DNA from: Utricularia gibba
Taxonomy: Eukaryota; Plantae; Magnoliophyta
Direction of reading: 5' to 3'
DNA length: 64,000 nt
NCBI GenBank assembly: GCA_002189035.1
Contig: NEEC01000010.1
Coordinates: forward strand, 2,666,001 to 2,730,000
The position numbers were made by a program, and so were the translations under genes. Below the pieces are notes generated by a model that did not search any database, was not told the DNA's origin, and worked only from the letters and a program-made list of their open reading frames with translations. This document shows, piece after piece, positions 25,432 through 36,932 of this stretch. Position 1 is the first letter of the stretch, and every line of letters begins with the position of its first letter.

Positions 25432-28169
25432 ATGGACTCCCGGAGGTGGAAGTTTCTAAGCCCCCTGAGCCTCGTTTGCGTCGCAGTAGCGATAACGGGG
25501 GTTCGCAGCCAAGGCGTCGACGCCGCTGACGGCGGAGGAGGCGGGGCTGCGAAGAAGCTTACGGGTTTTTGCCGTGCTCGAGTAATGTGTGGGGGATGCT
25601 CTTTATGATCCTGGTTTACGAAATTCTGCTGTCCATGGCCGGCCGGTACATCGCCAGAGGGTCGGAGCTGTTCTTCCGGCTGATTGGGCCCGGAATTTTC
25701 GGCAGCAGCTTGTTCCAAATGCTCAGCACAATTCCACAGATCGTATTGGTTCTCAGTAAGTTCTCCGCCTGCAAATCCATTTCAGTTCATTTCTTTTTTT
25801 TTAACCTTGAAATGACGTCGTCCCTGAAAGTTCTGTTTGAAACGTAACTTTTGGGGAAGAAGAATCAAAGCAGGTGCAGGCGATAATAGATTCGCCACGT
25901 AGTCATAATCTAGTGGGAACTGCCATTAATTAAACTCGGGAGTGTACGTATATCCAAATTTATTTTGTTTTAATTGTCTTTTATTTCCTCTTATTTTAAA
26001 TTTAGGATTTTTTTTCCAAAAATATTACTCCATTTAATTTTACACGGAATTATATTTTTTCATGTATTAAATTATTTGTCTCCTTTATTTTACTGCCTGT
26101 ATAATTATCCAATATTTTATTATAAATATTAAATAATATTTGATTTTCTAAGTAAAAAATGAAAGAAATAAATTATCATACACATGGGTGGTTGAATAAT
26201 TGATTAAAAATTGTGATATTAAAGAATCTTGATATCATGTAGGTGGTTGTCACTTGTCACGTACTGAGTAAAAATTATTAAAAAGTCAAGGGGCAGGTCT
26301 GCAAATTTTGAAAAAAAGGCACTTTTTTGTTTTTTCTTTAATATATAGATTTTGAACTTTTAAAATTAACATTTTTATATATGGATTATAGCTAACATAA
26401 AAGAATTTACTTTCTTAAATAGAAAAAAGATTTAAACCCTAAGATTGTGTTTGGTTTATGGGATTATATGGATTGAAAAGTAGATTATAAATTATATGAT
26501 ATATAATTGATAAATTTAAATAAACTCGAGATTACACCCGTTTTTTTTTTTAATCTCATACTTGTTTTGTGTGCAGTGGGTTCTTTTACCGTCTCCAAGG
26601 AGGCGGCTGTACAGCAAGCGGTAAACAGTGTGGGGCTGGTTGTCGGATCGACGGTGATGCTTCTAACGCTTGTTTGGGGCATCTCGGTGATCGTGGGAAG
26701 CTACAATCTCGCAGAGGCCATCTCCAGCGATGATTCAACTGAAACCCAGGGATTACACGGTAAATACTTAATAGTCCTCATGGTAAAACTGGAGCCATCT
26801 CATGTTAGAATGGTTTTCGCCACGCAGGCTATGGCATCGTCACCGACGCAGAGACGTGCTTCACTGCTAGGCTGGTGCTGGTATCCATTGTCCCTGTGAT
26901 TTTCTTGGTGCCTGCAGCAGCAATCTCTTCATTAGTGGTGCAAAGGATTGTAATTCTTATTGCGCTCATCATCACCCTTGTGTTGCTCATCGGTTACTTG
27001 TTTTATGAGGTAACCAATCTTGGCATTTTTTTCGTGTGTATTCTTATGCCGATGCTTGATTGTTGTGAATGTCACAGATTTTTGAGCCATGGGTTCATGA
27101 ACGGAGATTCGAGTTCCTGATCAGGAAATACACGCACAACAGGCTGCGTACGCTTCTGTCCACCAACGGCAGGCCTGATGTTAATAAGATACAGCGGTGA
27201 GATCTTGTACGATTTGCAGGGCAGTGATGACTGTGTGGAGGCGACAACTGAATTCTTGTTTTATAGGCTTTTCGACAGCTTAGACGGGGACAAGAGCGGA
27301 TCAGTCTCTGCAAAGGAACTCAGGGTTCTTCTCTTAGGAGTGAAGGCTAGTGACGGCCTGAACACCGAGAAAGATATTGAGGACATCATGGAACTATTTG
27401 ACACGTCCAATGACGGACGAATAGACCGTAACGAGTTCGTACGAACAATGACGAAACTAGTCTCCGATCTCTGGGAGACATCTCCGATCGACTGGCACTC
27501 CAGAAAGTCACAGACAGGTGAACTGCAGCAGCATTTGCTGTCCACGGGAAAGAACCAAGAAAAGAGAAGCCACGTCTTGTTGCAGTACTGTAGGGCATTG
27601 TTTTTGGTGATCTCAGGAACGGTGGTCATAATGTTGCTGGCAACGCCGCTGGGCACCACCGTCTCCCAGTTCGCGCAAGCGGCGCATCTGCCGGCGTTTC
27701 TGGTGTCGTACTTCGCTATCCCGTTGGCGGTGAACTACGGCATGGCTTCCCAGTTCATCGTCTCCGCCACACAGAGGTCCAGGAAGTCCATTTCTCTCAC
27801 ACTTTCATCCGTAAGCTTCTCCTCCCTACCTCTTTACATCAAATCTGACATAAATAGAATATACCTAGCTTTCACCTAACAAACATTACATAACTTGATT
27901 TGGTTCAATGTGTTGGTCAGCTGTACGGCACCGTGTACATTACCAACATCGTCGGACTGGTATCGTTCTTGGTGCCGGTCTACGTACGAGATTTGCCGGT
28001 GAATGTCATTGCAGAGGCGGCGGTTTCGTTGGTGGTATGCCTTGTGATGAGCTGTGTGACCAGCTTTTACACCAGGTTTCCACGATGGGTTGGGTACCTG
28101 GTGCTGCTCTTCTACTTCATCTCGCTCGCTCTCATCTACGTTCTGACATCTGTTCTCCACTTCCCCTGA
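25432..28169 (+). CDS. NCL: Na+/Ca2+ exchanger-like protein with two EF-hands (NCL/EFCAX family), one -1 frameshift at about 25545; exons 25432-25755, 26577-26759, 26828-27009, 27078-27196, 27267-27810, 27921-28169
   Basis: CEEAYGFLPCS...GSELFFRLIGPGIFG, VGSTVMLLT, IFEPWVHERR, EF loops DSLDGDKSGSVSAKEL and DTSNDGRIDRNEF, FAIPLAVN, LYGTVYITNI; splice phases are consistent once one G is restored. Confidence 0.88.
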
Positions 28170-28544
28170 CATTACTGTCCGAAAACCTCCACTTGTTTCA
28201 GATATGTGGTTTGTTGCCTTCGTGCTTCCATTAAGTGTAATTTCCGAGCACTGTCGACGCTAAGCATTTAGTATTGTTTATCCGGTTTGACCGCCGACAG
28301 GCGCCAGGTATGCTCGCTGCTGAAATCCACCCGTCTCCTTTGAAAAGAACCGGGTCAACTCCGTACATTGACTTGGTCTACAACAGAAACACGTGTTTTA
28401 TTAACCATTTTTATGTCATATAACCGCAATGTCGATATAAAAAATCAAATCTTCATGAATTTCACTCAAAATCCGACTATTTATCCCTTGAAGGTATCAC
28501 TTGGAAGGCATCTATTCAGAATATAAAGATGAGAAAAAATGAAT

Positions 28545-28618
28545 TAATTGTCATTTATAATTTATTATATTTAATTATTTTATTTTCAAATCTTAATATG
28601 AAATTGTTTGTTCTAATG
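28545..28618 (-). mobile_element. 5' fragment of a TRIM-family LTR
   Basis: Minus strand CATTAGAACAAACAATTTCATATT...TTATAAATGAC aligns with the LTR at 48689-48825. Confidence 0.5.
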
Positions 28619-29016
28619 AAGAGGACTGTTACATACGTATAGCTGCCTATAAAATGAATTGAAGTTAGCCCTTTTATTGTTATAGAAGATGAGGCTATTT
28701 CAAGTACTATTAGAGGCATCTCCTTGAGAAATGAGCAAGCTACTTTGTATCCCCAAGGAAGGCGTTTCCTTAAGAAATGAAGAAGAGGGTTGGTAATCAA
28801 CATGGGTATACCAGAAGAAACCTGCTTACAGAGAGGCTTTCATCTGCTAGGGTTGTAGAGAACCAGTGCGTTTTGTGGGAGCTTCAGAATCCATTGTATT
28901 TGAATGCAAAAGCAACTTGGAGGCTTATTCCTCACAACTTTGAATGGGTGGTAAGTATACAGGATGCGAAGTGTTACATGACAGACATCTCAACTGCTTG
29001 ATTTGGGGCATGGACG

Positions 29017-30687
29017 TTAAGAGTCCCATATGGGGCCAAAGGCCGGGATCCCTGCCGCCCAGCAAGCGCCAACCACGTCTCGTGTTCCCTCAGGATTGCT
29101 CGTGACGATCACAATCTCGGCCCCGAATCTCTTCGCCGTGTCGACGGTCATTTGCGGCACGTTTGGCCTCCCGAGCAACGCTGTGTCGTGCAGGATGTTC
29201 TTCTCCGGCCGGCGGCTCATCCACTCCATGATCTCTTTCCCGAAGTTCTGTTCCATGTTCTTTGCCACCCAAAGAACGCAGATGTCCGCTCTACAAGGCT
29301 GCAGTTGGAAAGAGAGAAAGGGGCAGATTCCGGAGCCTGTGGCGACATGCAGAACCCTATTGTACATGCTTGTCAAATAGGGAAGCCCCGCGAAGTGCAG
29401 CTGCCGGACCCAAAGATGGCTCGGTGGGTTTGAAACGAGGGATTTCGTGAAGTCGCCGACGGCTCCTGCAAGAATGACATGCTCCTTCTTGTTGTCGGAG
29501 ATGATTCCGAAAGCGTGCCATTCGGAGAGCGGTGAGGGGCTGATTCTGCCCAGGATTCCGGCTCCAACTCCTCCTGGGAAGGTGATCACCGACGCATGAC
29601 CGGAAGGTGAATAGATCTTGATGGGAACTTTTCTCACCGTCAGCCAAGGAAGAATGATTAGTGCAGTGATTCCAATGAGGAACCAGAACTCTTGCCTCTT
29701 CGCCAACTCGGATCCCAAATCTCTGCTGTTATATGATCTGGTTGCCGGGTCGTAAGCAGTCGTCAGACATATGAAGATCCAGACAAGAACCAGACTTGTC
29801 CAACCGGCGAAACGGTGAGTTCTCTCGAAAACGTTGTGATGAAGGTGACGAACAAGCGGAAAAGCGGCGATACAGGAGAGGCAAAGAAGCGCGAGAATAG
29901 CAGAAGCGACTCCAATGATCTCAGGAGATGTATTAGCTCTATCCCTCAATGTGAGTACCAGCGCGTAAATCAGCCAAGCTACTGATGAAATCCCGCAACC
30001 GCTGTGTATGCCGCCTACAGATTGAAGAACCGCCGTGGTCGCCAATTTGAGACGCAGCGGAACCACCGGGTACCCAAGAATCTTCACGGCAAGCCAGAAG
30101 ACGACCCGGAAAAACGCCTCGTTGCGGCACAACACCAAAGCGAATATATTGGCGACGGAGAACGCAACAGCGTTCCTTCTAGCGTAAGAGAATCTTCCGA
30201 CGGCGGCGAGAACGAGGCAGGCCATATTGATAATGAAGGAAAGCGCGAAAAGCCTCTTGTAGACGGTGAACAGTCCCTGATCCAAAAGGATAACCGACAG
30301 CCTCGAGGAATCATGTTTGTTGGAGCTCGGCTTAGGCTGCTGGGATTTGGATTTCGCCAGTGGCAGCTCCGACAGTTTAGCGTCAGCCACGTGATTGTTG
30401 TCTTCTTCGCGGCCTTCCTCAATGTGCGCCAGAAAATCATCCTCATCACTCTCCTCCCCCTCTTCATCGTCAAGATCGCAGAAATGGCTGCTAGATCTAC
30501 GACTCAGGGAGTTCGGAGCTAGCGACGCCGAAGAAACAGCTCTCGAGATACGCTTCCAAATCCGTTGGCTCCTTGGCACCTCCACCTCCATTGGCTTCAC
30601 CACCGCGAAGAGGTCGGCATGGGGCTTGATTTCAAAAGCCACCCCTCTGCAACTAGAGAAACGGGTCACTTTTCCCTCGAGCTCCAT
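29017..30687 (-). CDS. Intronless 556-aa membrane oxidoreductase: ferric-reductase-like TM domain plus FAD/NAD(P)H-binding domain (uncharacterised family)
   Basis: Single ORF with ATG and TATA (30754-30760); acidic N-terminus, multiple TM segments, GGIHSG, HNVFERTHRFAGW, SEWHAFGII (HPFT-like), VGDFTKSL, VATGSGICPF (NAD-binding loop). I recall plant homologues being auto-named adenylate-forming reductase-like; not verified. Confidence 0.85.
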   Translation of the reverse strand: MELEGKVTRFSSCRGVAFEIKPHADLFAVVKPMEVEVPRSQRIWKRISRAVSSASLAPNSLSRRSSSHFCDLDDEEGEESDEDDFLAHIEEGREEDNNHVADAKLSELPLAKSKSQQPKPSSNKHDSSRLSVILLDQGLFTVYKRLFALSFIINMACLVLAAVGRFSYARRNAVAFSVANIFALVLCRNEAFFRVVFWLAVKILGYPVVPLRLKLATTAVLQSVGGIHSGCGISSVAWLIYALVLTLRDRANTSPEIIGVASAILALLCLSCIAAFPLVRHLHHNVFERTHRFAGWTSLVLVWIFICLTTAYDPATRSYNSRDLGSELAKRQEFWFLIGITALIILPWLTVRKVPIKIYSPSGHASVITFPGGVGAGILGRISPSPLSEWHAFGIISDNKKEHVILAGAVGDFTKSLVSNPPSHLWVRQLHFAGLPYLTSMYNRVLHVATGSGICPFLSFQLQPCRADICVLWVAKNMEQNFGKEIMEWMSRRPEKNILHDTALLGRPNVPQMTVDTAKRFGAEIVIVTSNPEGTRDVVGACWAAGIPAFGPIWDS

Positions 30688-33115
30688 TGCTTTTGTGCTG
30701 TGTAGATGAACAAGTGTGAGTGGTTGTGGTGATGAGGGAAGACGAACAGCTTATTTATAGTACAAGAATTTGGTCGTGGACCGTGTTTTTCGTACCGTTT
30801 TTCTCCGGTCAAAGTTCACACTTTACATTGAAATAATACATATGCATTCCGAGTATCAAAATTAAGTATTTTTTTCTTAATATTTATATCCCAATTGAAC
30901 TTCATTGCCCTAATTCTAACCATTAGTATCATTTTTTAGTAAAATGAAAAATCACACGAAATTTACACTTTTTTCAGAAAAAGAATAACACTCTTTAATT
31001 TAAAGATTAAGTGGATCGGATAAGAATACACTAAATTTAAATATACAATAAATATAAATCATATTATAAAAAATTAATCTCCATAAATTATTAATAATAT
31101 TCGATATCTTATATACTTAACTATTTGAACTTCATTTCATTATATTGTATTCTTTGTTTTAATAGGCGTCCTGTGAATTTTCCAAAATCTGCATTATGAG
31201 ATTAAAAATAGCCTCAATGGAGATAACTCAGGATTAGAACAATAATCCAAAAAATGAATATGTTGAACGCTATCCAAATGATACTCATTCCTTGTGACAT
31301 TAGCTATCCGGGAATGCGACCGTGGACTTAGTTATCCAAATCAAATGTGTGTACGGAAATTGCACATTTTCTCCCAAGCCTTCAGAATGACTTCAAAGAA
31401 GTCGGCCATCCTTGTTTTGGAGTGGGAAAGAAGAATGTGTACGCCCCCCATAACCATTTTAATGCCACAATTTTACAAATTAATTTATGTAATTAAATAA
31501 ATTAATAAAATTGACATCAGATAAGTCTGATTGTAATAAAAACTATACCTCAAAAAAACTACCAATTTGGCACTCATTTCCTATAAAATAGAGTGGGAAA
31601 ATGGTTGGGGAGGGGGCGGATGGCCCGCCCCGGGAGCCCTCCCGTGGTGTCGATGGTGGGGCCCTGGTCAAACACTGAGCCGTGTGGGCCGAGCTTGTCC
31701 GGCGCGTTTATTTCGACTCTGTGAACTACTACTACTTTTGGCGGCCAAAAAAAAAAAAACAAAATAAAAGGGAATAATTGAGCCATCACGTGCTTTGAGG
31801 ACCCCCACCCCTCCCCGATCCCGCCCCCGGTTTGAAGATGGTTGACTTGCGCCGCGATCAACGGCTGGTTTTACACATTGGGAATGACGACATATGATGA
31901 AATATATGTGACTCGAAATTTAAAAATAATATTATTATAATAGTATATTATAATTAAATAAAAATATTATTAATTTGTAATTCAAGATTCATGGATTGAC
32001 AACATAATGCAATATTTTAAATTAATAAATTTTAAATAATTAAAAAATCTCCATCGATTTTTTTTTTTGCTATGGCAGGCACCATTGCAACGTAAATATT
32101 TTTGTTTTGGAAAACCAATGAACGGGAGACACGTGTTGTGTGATTGAAAATACCCAACCCGATTGTCATTACCCGTTGCCCCTTATTCCTCGGATCCCTT
32201 TTACCCCAGGAGCAACGATCTCCAGTTTCCTTGTTCTGATGATCGTGGCGATCAGGAGGGAATCCGCCATTTTTAACTTCCCACTGCTGGTTTTTTTTTT
32301 CTTTCGGCTTGGAACCCTAGACGTTCGTCTAAGTGGTAGACCCTAGCAACCAGAATCCGGTGGCTTTTCTGCATTTCAGGTAGCTCGTACTCTATTGTGA
32401 TGGTTTGATGAAAAAGTCTTTATCTTTGCGCTATTTATGGTTCTGCGGTGTGTTGCAAACAACGAAACATAAATTTGAGTTGCATCGAAACAGGAGGTGC
32501 CGTGACCCTCATTATTTTAACCCAAGAAACCAAAATCCAGCAACCTAGGTCTAGAGTTCTGGGTTTTTGATATCTCGATCCACGCTAGTCCGACCCGAAA
32601 TCGGCGTAGAACCGTACCTGGAGGGGTTCTGTCGAGTCCCGATATCACACTACTGCGCGTTCTGGATAAGTTGGATTCTGTAATGATCAGTGTATAAATT
32701 TGATCGGTATTGTTGAAAACTTAACTTGCGTTATATTCTTTGAATTAATTTGTTTTGTTCAAGAAAAAGCATTAAAATTCGACGTGTGGATTCTCCCGAT
32801 TTGAGTGGATTGAGGACTTCCTCTTCTGTGCAATTCTTGATATTGCTGCTTTTGTATATAGAAAGTTTGTTGCTTCTCATCCAAAAATAAAAATGTAGGC
32901 AGGACATCATATATATGCAACCTTGCTGAGTGAAAATGTGCTTTTTTGTTCACCATGGCGTTTGATCTGTTTTTCTCCTCATTGCATTTCTCTTCTACAA
33001 AGGGAGCTTCCCGAAGTCATCGGAAGTCGACATAAAAGTTACACTAAGATCAATGTAGGGGGTAGTTGTTTTTATCCGCTTTTTTACTGTTCTTGCAGCT
33101 ATAGTTTCTTCCAAG

Positions 33116-33901
33116 ATGTCTGGACAAAGCCAACGTTTAAATGTTGTTCCTACTGTAACAATGCTTGGAGTTATGAAAGCTCGATTGGTTGGAGCAACGA
33201 GAGGGCATGCACTGCTCAAGAAGAAGAGTGATGCTTTAACTGTGCAGTTTAGAACAATTCTCAAGAAAATTGTGTCTACGAAGGAGTCGATGGGGGATAT
33301 CATGAAAACATCTTCCTTTGCCCTCGCTGAAGCCAAGTATGTTGCAGGGGAGAACATCAAGCATATTGTTCGCCAAAATGTGCAGAGTGCAACGCTGAAG
33401 GTTCGATCACACCAAGAAAATGTTGCTGGTGTGAAACTCCCCAAGTTTGAGTACTTTATTGATGGAGAAACCAAGAATGACTTGACTGGCCTGGCAAGAG
33501 GTGGTCAGCAAGTAAAATCCTGTCGTGCAGCATATGTGAAGTCAATTGAACTACTTGTTGAACTCGCTACACTCCAAACCTCATTTTTGACTCTCGATGA
33601 GGCAATTAAGACCACAAATCGCAGGGTGAACGCCTTGGAAAATGTAGTAAAGCCACGGATAGAGAATACTATAAGTTACATCAAGGGGGAGCTGGATGAA
33701 TTGGAAAGAGAGGACTTCTTCAGATTGAAAAAAATCCAGGGTTATAAGAAGAGAGAGATCGAGAGGCAGCGTGAGGCCGCAAAGGCATTCTCTGACGAAA
33801 GGTTTGCTGAGGCAATCTCTTTGCAGAGGGGCGTTTCTCTTAGCTCAGCACACAACATGTTATCTCTTGCATCCCAAAGGGATGAAGACATCATCTTCTG
33901 A
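33116..33901 (+). CDS. VHA-D: V-type H+-ATPase subunit D, 261 aa, single coding exon
   Basis: MSGQSQRLNVVPTVTMLG...GHALLKKKSDAL...NVAGVKLP...IKTTNRRVNALE...LDELEREDFFRLKKIQ. Confidence 0.98.
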   Translation: MSGQSQRLNVVPTVTMLGVMKARLVGATRGHALLKKKSDALTVQFRTILKKIVSTKESMGDIMKTSSFALAEAKYVAGENIKHIVRQNVQSATLKVRSHQENVAGVKLPKFEYFIDGETKNDLTGLARGGQQVKSCRAAYVKSIELLVELATLQTSFLTLDEAIKTTNRRVNALENVVKPRIENTISYIKGELDELEREDFFRLKKIQGYKKREIERQREAAKAFSDERFAEAISLQRGVSLSSAHNMLSLASQRDEDIIF

Positions 33902-34641
33902 TTTCAGAATCAGTATTGATTTGTTAAAATAATGCCGTTGCTTGGTTGATGCTGATTATTTGTTTGATATGCATGACACGGTATTTTGATTTGGGTTGGA
34001 TATACTCTGGAATAAGAGCCCTTGTATGTGATCGTTTTGATCACTTGCTGTAAGTTCTCTGTATGCGGTCGTTTCATCACTTACTGAGTTACTGTAAACC
34101 ATAGTGGATGGTTTCTTTCAAGCCCAAATGTTTGTTTGTGTCTTGTTCAAGTGATCAAAGGTCCCCTCTTGCTGGAACTTTGTTACGGCTTGTTGCTGAT
34201 ACTTGAAACTCGATCCATGTTTTCGGTGAGGCTTGTGGCAGATTCTGGGACCTAAAGACAGGGACCCTTTGTTTTTGAGGAATACATGACTTTTCATTGC
34301 TGTTGAAGGTTCAAATGTTCAAATAGGTAATGACTGAATACTTACAGTAAGATTGCTAGATGATCCATCTAACTCATGACAGAGTGGGACTCATGACAGA
34401 GTGGGAGGGTTGATGATGAACTCCCTCCGAGAAGGGATTGGTTGGCAGTATTAAATTTGAACTTTAAAACCACTCCTTGAAGGCAAAGAAAGTTACCCAG
34501 AAGATTAAGGAAAGCATCATACATTACATTTGCGTTGAAGCCGCAGTTAAATCTCAACGTTTACTGCCTCTACTTCAACTGCTACCACGAATCCAATTAA
34601 AATGCTTTATTTGTTACTAAGTTTTTAAGGTTTCCCCTGTC

Positions 34642-35719
34642 TCAGGCAACTGGATAAGATGCATGCATTGCGATGCCACACTTCCCTTGAGCGCCATTCA
34701 TGTTTCTGGGCATCAAGATGTAGCCATTCGATCCCCAGTCCGTACCCCATGAATTCTTCACGATCCAATACGGAGTCCCCTTGGCCGAGCCGTACCCGAC
34801 AACGGTGACACCATGATCCAGGTTTGTCCCACAAGATGCAGTGAAGATTCCACCAGAATACAACTGAAAATCTCTTCCTCTTGCATCAATGGCCACCGAC
34901 ACCGGCTGATTTGCCACCGCCCGCATCAAGGCGGCTTCATTGTTCTCCGGCACTTCCACATAGCCGCTGATGGTGGCCGCCACCGGAGAGGTTCTCAGCA
35001 TGTTGCAAAATGATTGTCTGGCTCTGTACGGGTAGTTGGATTCCGTTGTGATCCCGAATCTTTGAATGTATTGGAATGCATTGGTCATTTGCCCGCCATT
35101 GCAGCCATAGTCTTTTGTTTCACAGTTGACCAGCTGTTGCTCCGACAAGGAGACGAGGTTGCCTGATTTGATCTTGTGGATCCCCTCCACCGCCGCCACA
35201 GCCGAAAAAGCCCAGCAACATCCTACATACATCCAATAACTTTCTCTAATTCAAACGTAAAAGAATTGCATATTCTATTTCACAGTCCAAGTTACCGCAC
35301 TGCCCTTGATCCTTGACAGGAGTAACCGCTCCCTGAGCTCTCCAATCTACGCTCCAAGGAACCGGTGATGCTCTAAGATTCTCATCGTAGGAGACACTTC
35401 TTCTTGTAGCATTATGCGGCTGGACGTAGCCGTTCATGGCTGCTCGAAACTCTTCGTTTGTAAGATCAGCGAATTTGTTGGCAGCAAGCTTGTAAGAGTG
35501 GCCAGCTGCGTTGACAGAGTTGATATACTCCACATTGCTTTTAAAGATCGAAAATCTCTCAGCCCTCTCGACATCATCTCTGTAAACACGACCGTATTTC
35601 GCCATCCACCCCTCGTGCATTCTGATCATCCCGGCGTCGAGGGTTCCTTCCACATCCGCCTTGCATGCAAACGGGACAACGAGCAGGAGCAACGAAACCT
35701 GGACAAACTTCAGCCCCAT
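34642..35719 (-). CDS. Papain-like cysteine protease 1 (C1A, SAG12-like); exons 35719-35296, 35222-34642
   Basis: Signal peptide, ERFNIN-type prodomain, QGQCGCCWAFS (Cys), LDHGV (His), KNSWG (Asn); no KDEL or granulin domain; frame intact. Confidence 0.95.
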
Positions 35720-35776
35720 TCCAAGACAGGAGGAGGAGGATGTAAGAATTGCGGTTTGCCCGAATCCAAGCGCCGC

Positions 35777-35784
35777 ATTTATAG
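35777..35784 (-). promoter_or_regulatory. TATA box (CTATAAAT) of protease 1; same motif at 40787-40794 and 43487-43494 for proteases 2 and 3
   Basis: Identical CTCTATAAAT 54-74 bp upstream of the ATG in all three paralogues. Confidence 0.7.
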
Positions 35785-36082
35785 AGCTGCCCACTATTAT
35801 GCACACTAATACCCTACCGGAGGGTTCATTGCGTCATAGTTACCGCACTTAATGCCCTAATAGTAGGTAAAACTTCGATGCTTCGTGCCCAGAAAACTCA
35901 AACTATAACCTTTTTTTTTACCGTTGAATGTCCCAGATGCAGTTAGTCATTAATGCGTCATTTAAAAAGTAATCGTGGTTTTATGTTTTAAGTACTAACA
36001 TCAATTTTTTACACATAGAATTATCATTTTTTTATCACACACTAAAAGTAAAATAGTATTATTATTTTTATCACACTAAAAT

Positions 36083-36380
36083 ACTGTTTTAGAAAATTTT
36101 TAAAGTTTATTTGTATTTTTTAAAAAATAAAAATAATTTTATTCTATATCAATATTAATTGTAAAAATAATTTTATCAAAAATAATTTTAAAATTACACT
36201 ACAAAAATTATTTTTTAAAAATAAGGAATAGATTATTTTTATATTTTATTTCTAATTTTATATTTTATTTTTACAGTTTTCTATAATATTTACAATCTAT
36301 TTCTATTTAGATTAATTATTTTTATTTTTTTAAAATAATTTTGAAAAAATAGAAATAGATTCGACAAATTTTTCAAAATG
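36083..36380. mobile_element. AT-rich MITE-like inverted-repeat element, related to 24322-24548
   Basis: Imperfect terminal inverted repeats and internal similarity to the 24.3-kb element. Confidence 0.55.
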
Positions 36381-36932
36381 ATATTAAATTAAGATGGTTA
36401 GTTTTCTAATTTATACTTAGTTAGAGGAGTAAAAAAAAGTCTTCCTATAGTAATGACGTTAAATGATGGGGATAACTTTAATGCATACATTAATTCCCTT
36501 AATAATCGTATGGAACAGTATACATTTCTACTCAAAAAATACCAACAATCTAGAATTCTTTTTTTATTATTATTATTTTATTAAAATCGAAAAAAACAAT
36601 CAAACAAAACCGGCTTGCGGCAGAGAAGGTGGGCGATGCCGGCATGACTTCTAGTGTATAGATCACTCCGGTCGACAAAGGCGGCCGGTCCAACCCACCT
36701 GAGAAAAATTAACATCGCCAAAACCAGAGGCCGCCTAATTGCCACCACGGCCGGCCGGCCGGCCGCCCAATTGACACCGGGAATGTCTAAGACCTAGAAA
36801 TGGAAAATGGAACGCAGGCCTTTTAGGGTTACCCCAGGAATCTGATCTAGAAAAAGGGTTTGTTGAGGAAGATGATCCACGAAATATAAATTTTATTAAA
36901 TATTATTTGATACAATCTGGAGACTTTTCAAC

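Noticed and set aside
30004-30522. Long antisense or alternate-frame ORFs over GC-rich genes (also 32995-33474, 37458-38102, 54728-55192)
   Set aside because: Expected shadow ORFs of GC-rich coding sequence, with no independent motifs.
34372-34405. 17-bp tandem duplication ACTCATGACAGAGTGGG x2
   Set aside because: Real, but only two units with no spacers; ordinary slippage duplication, not CRISPR-like.
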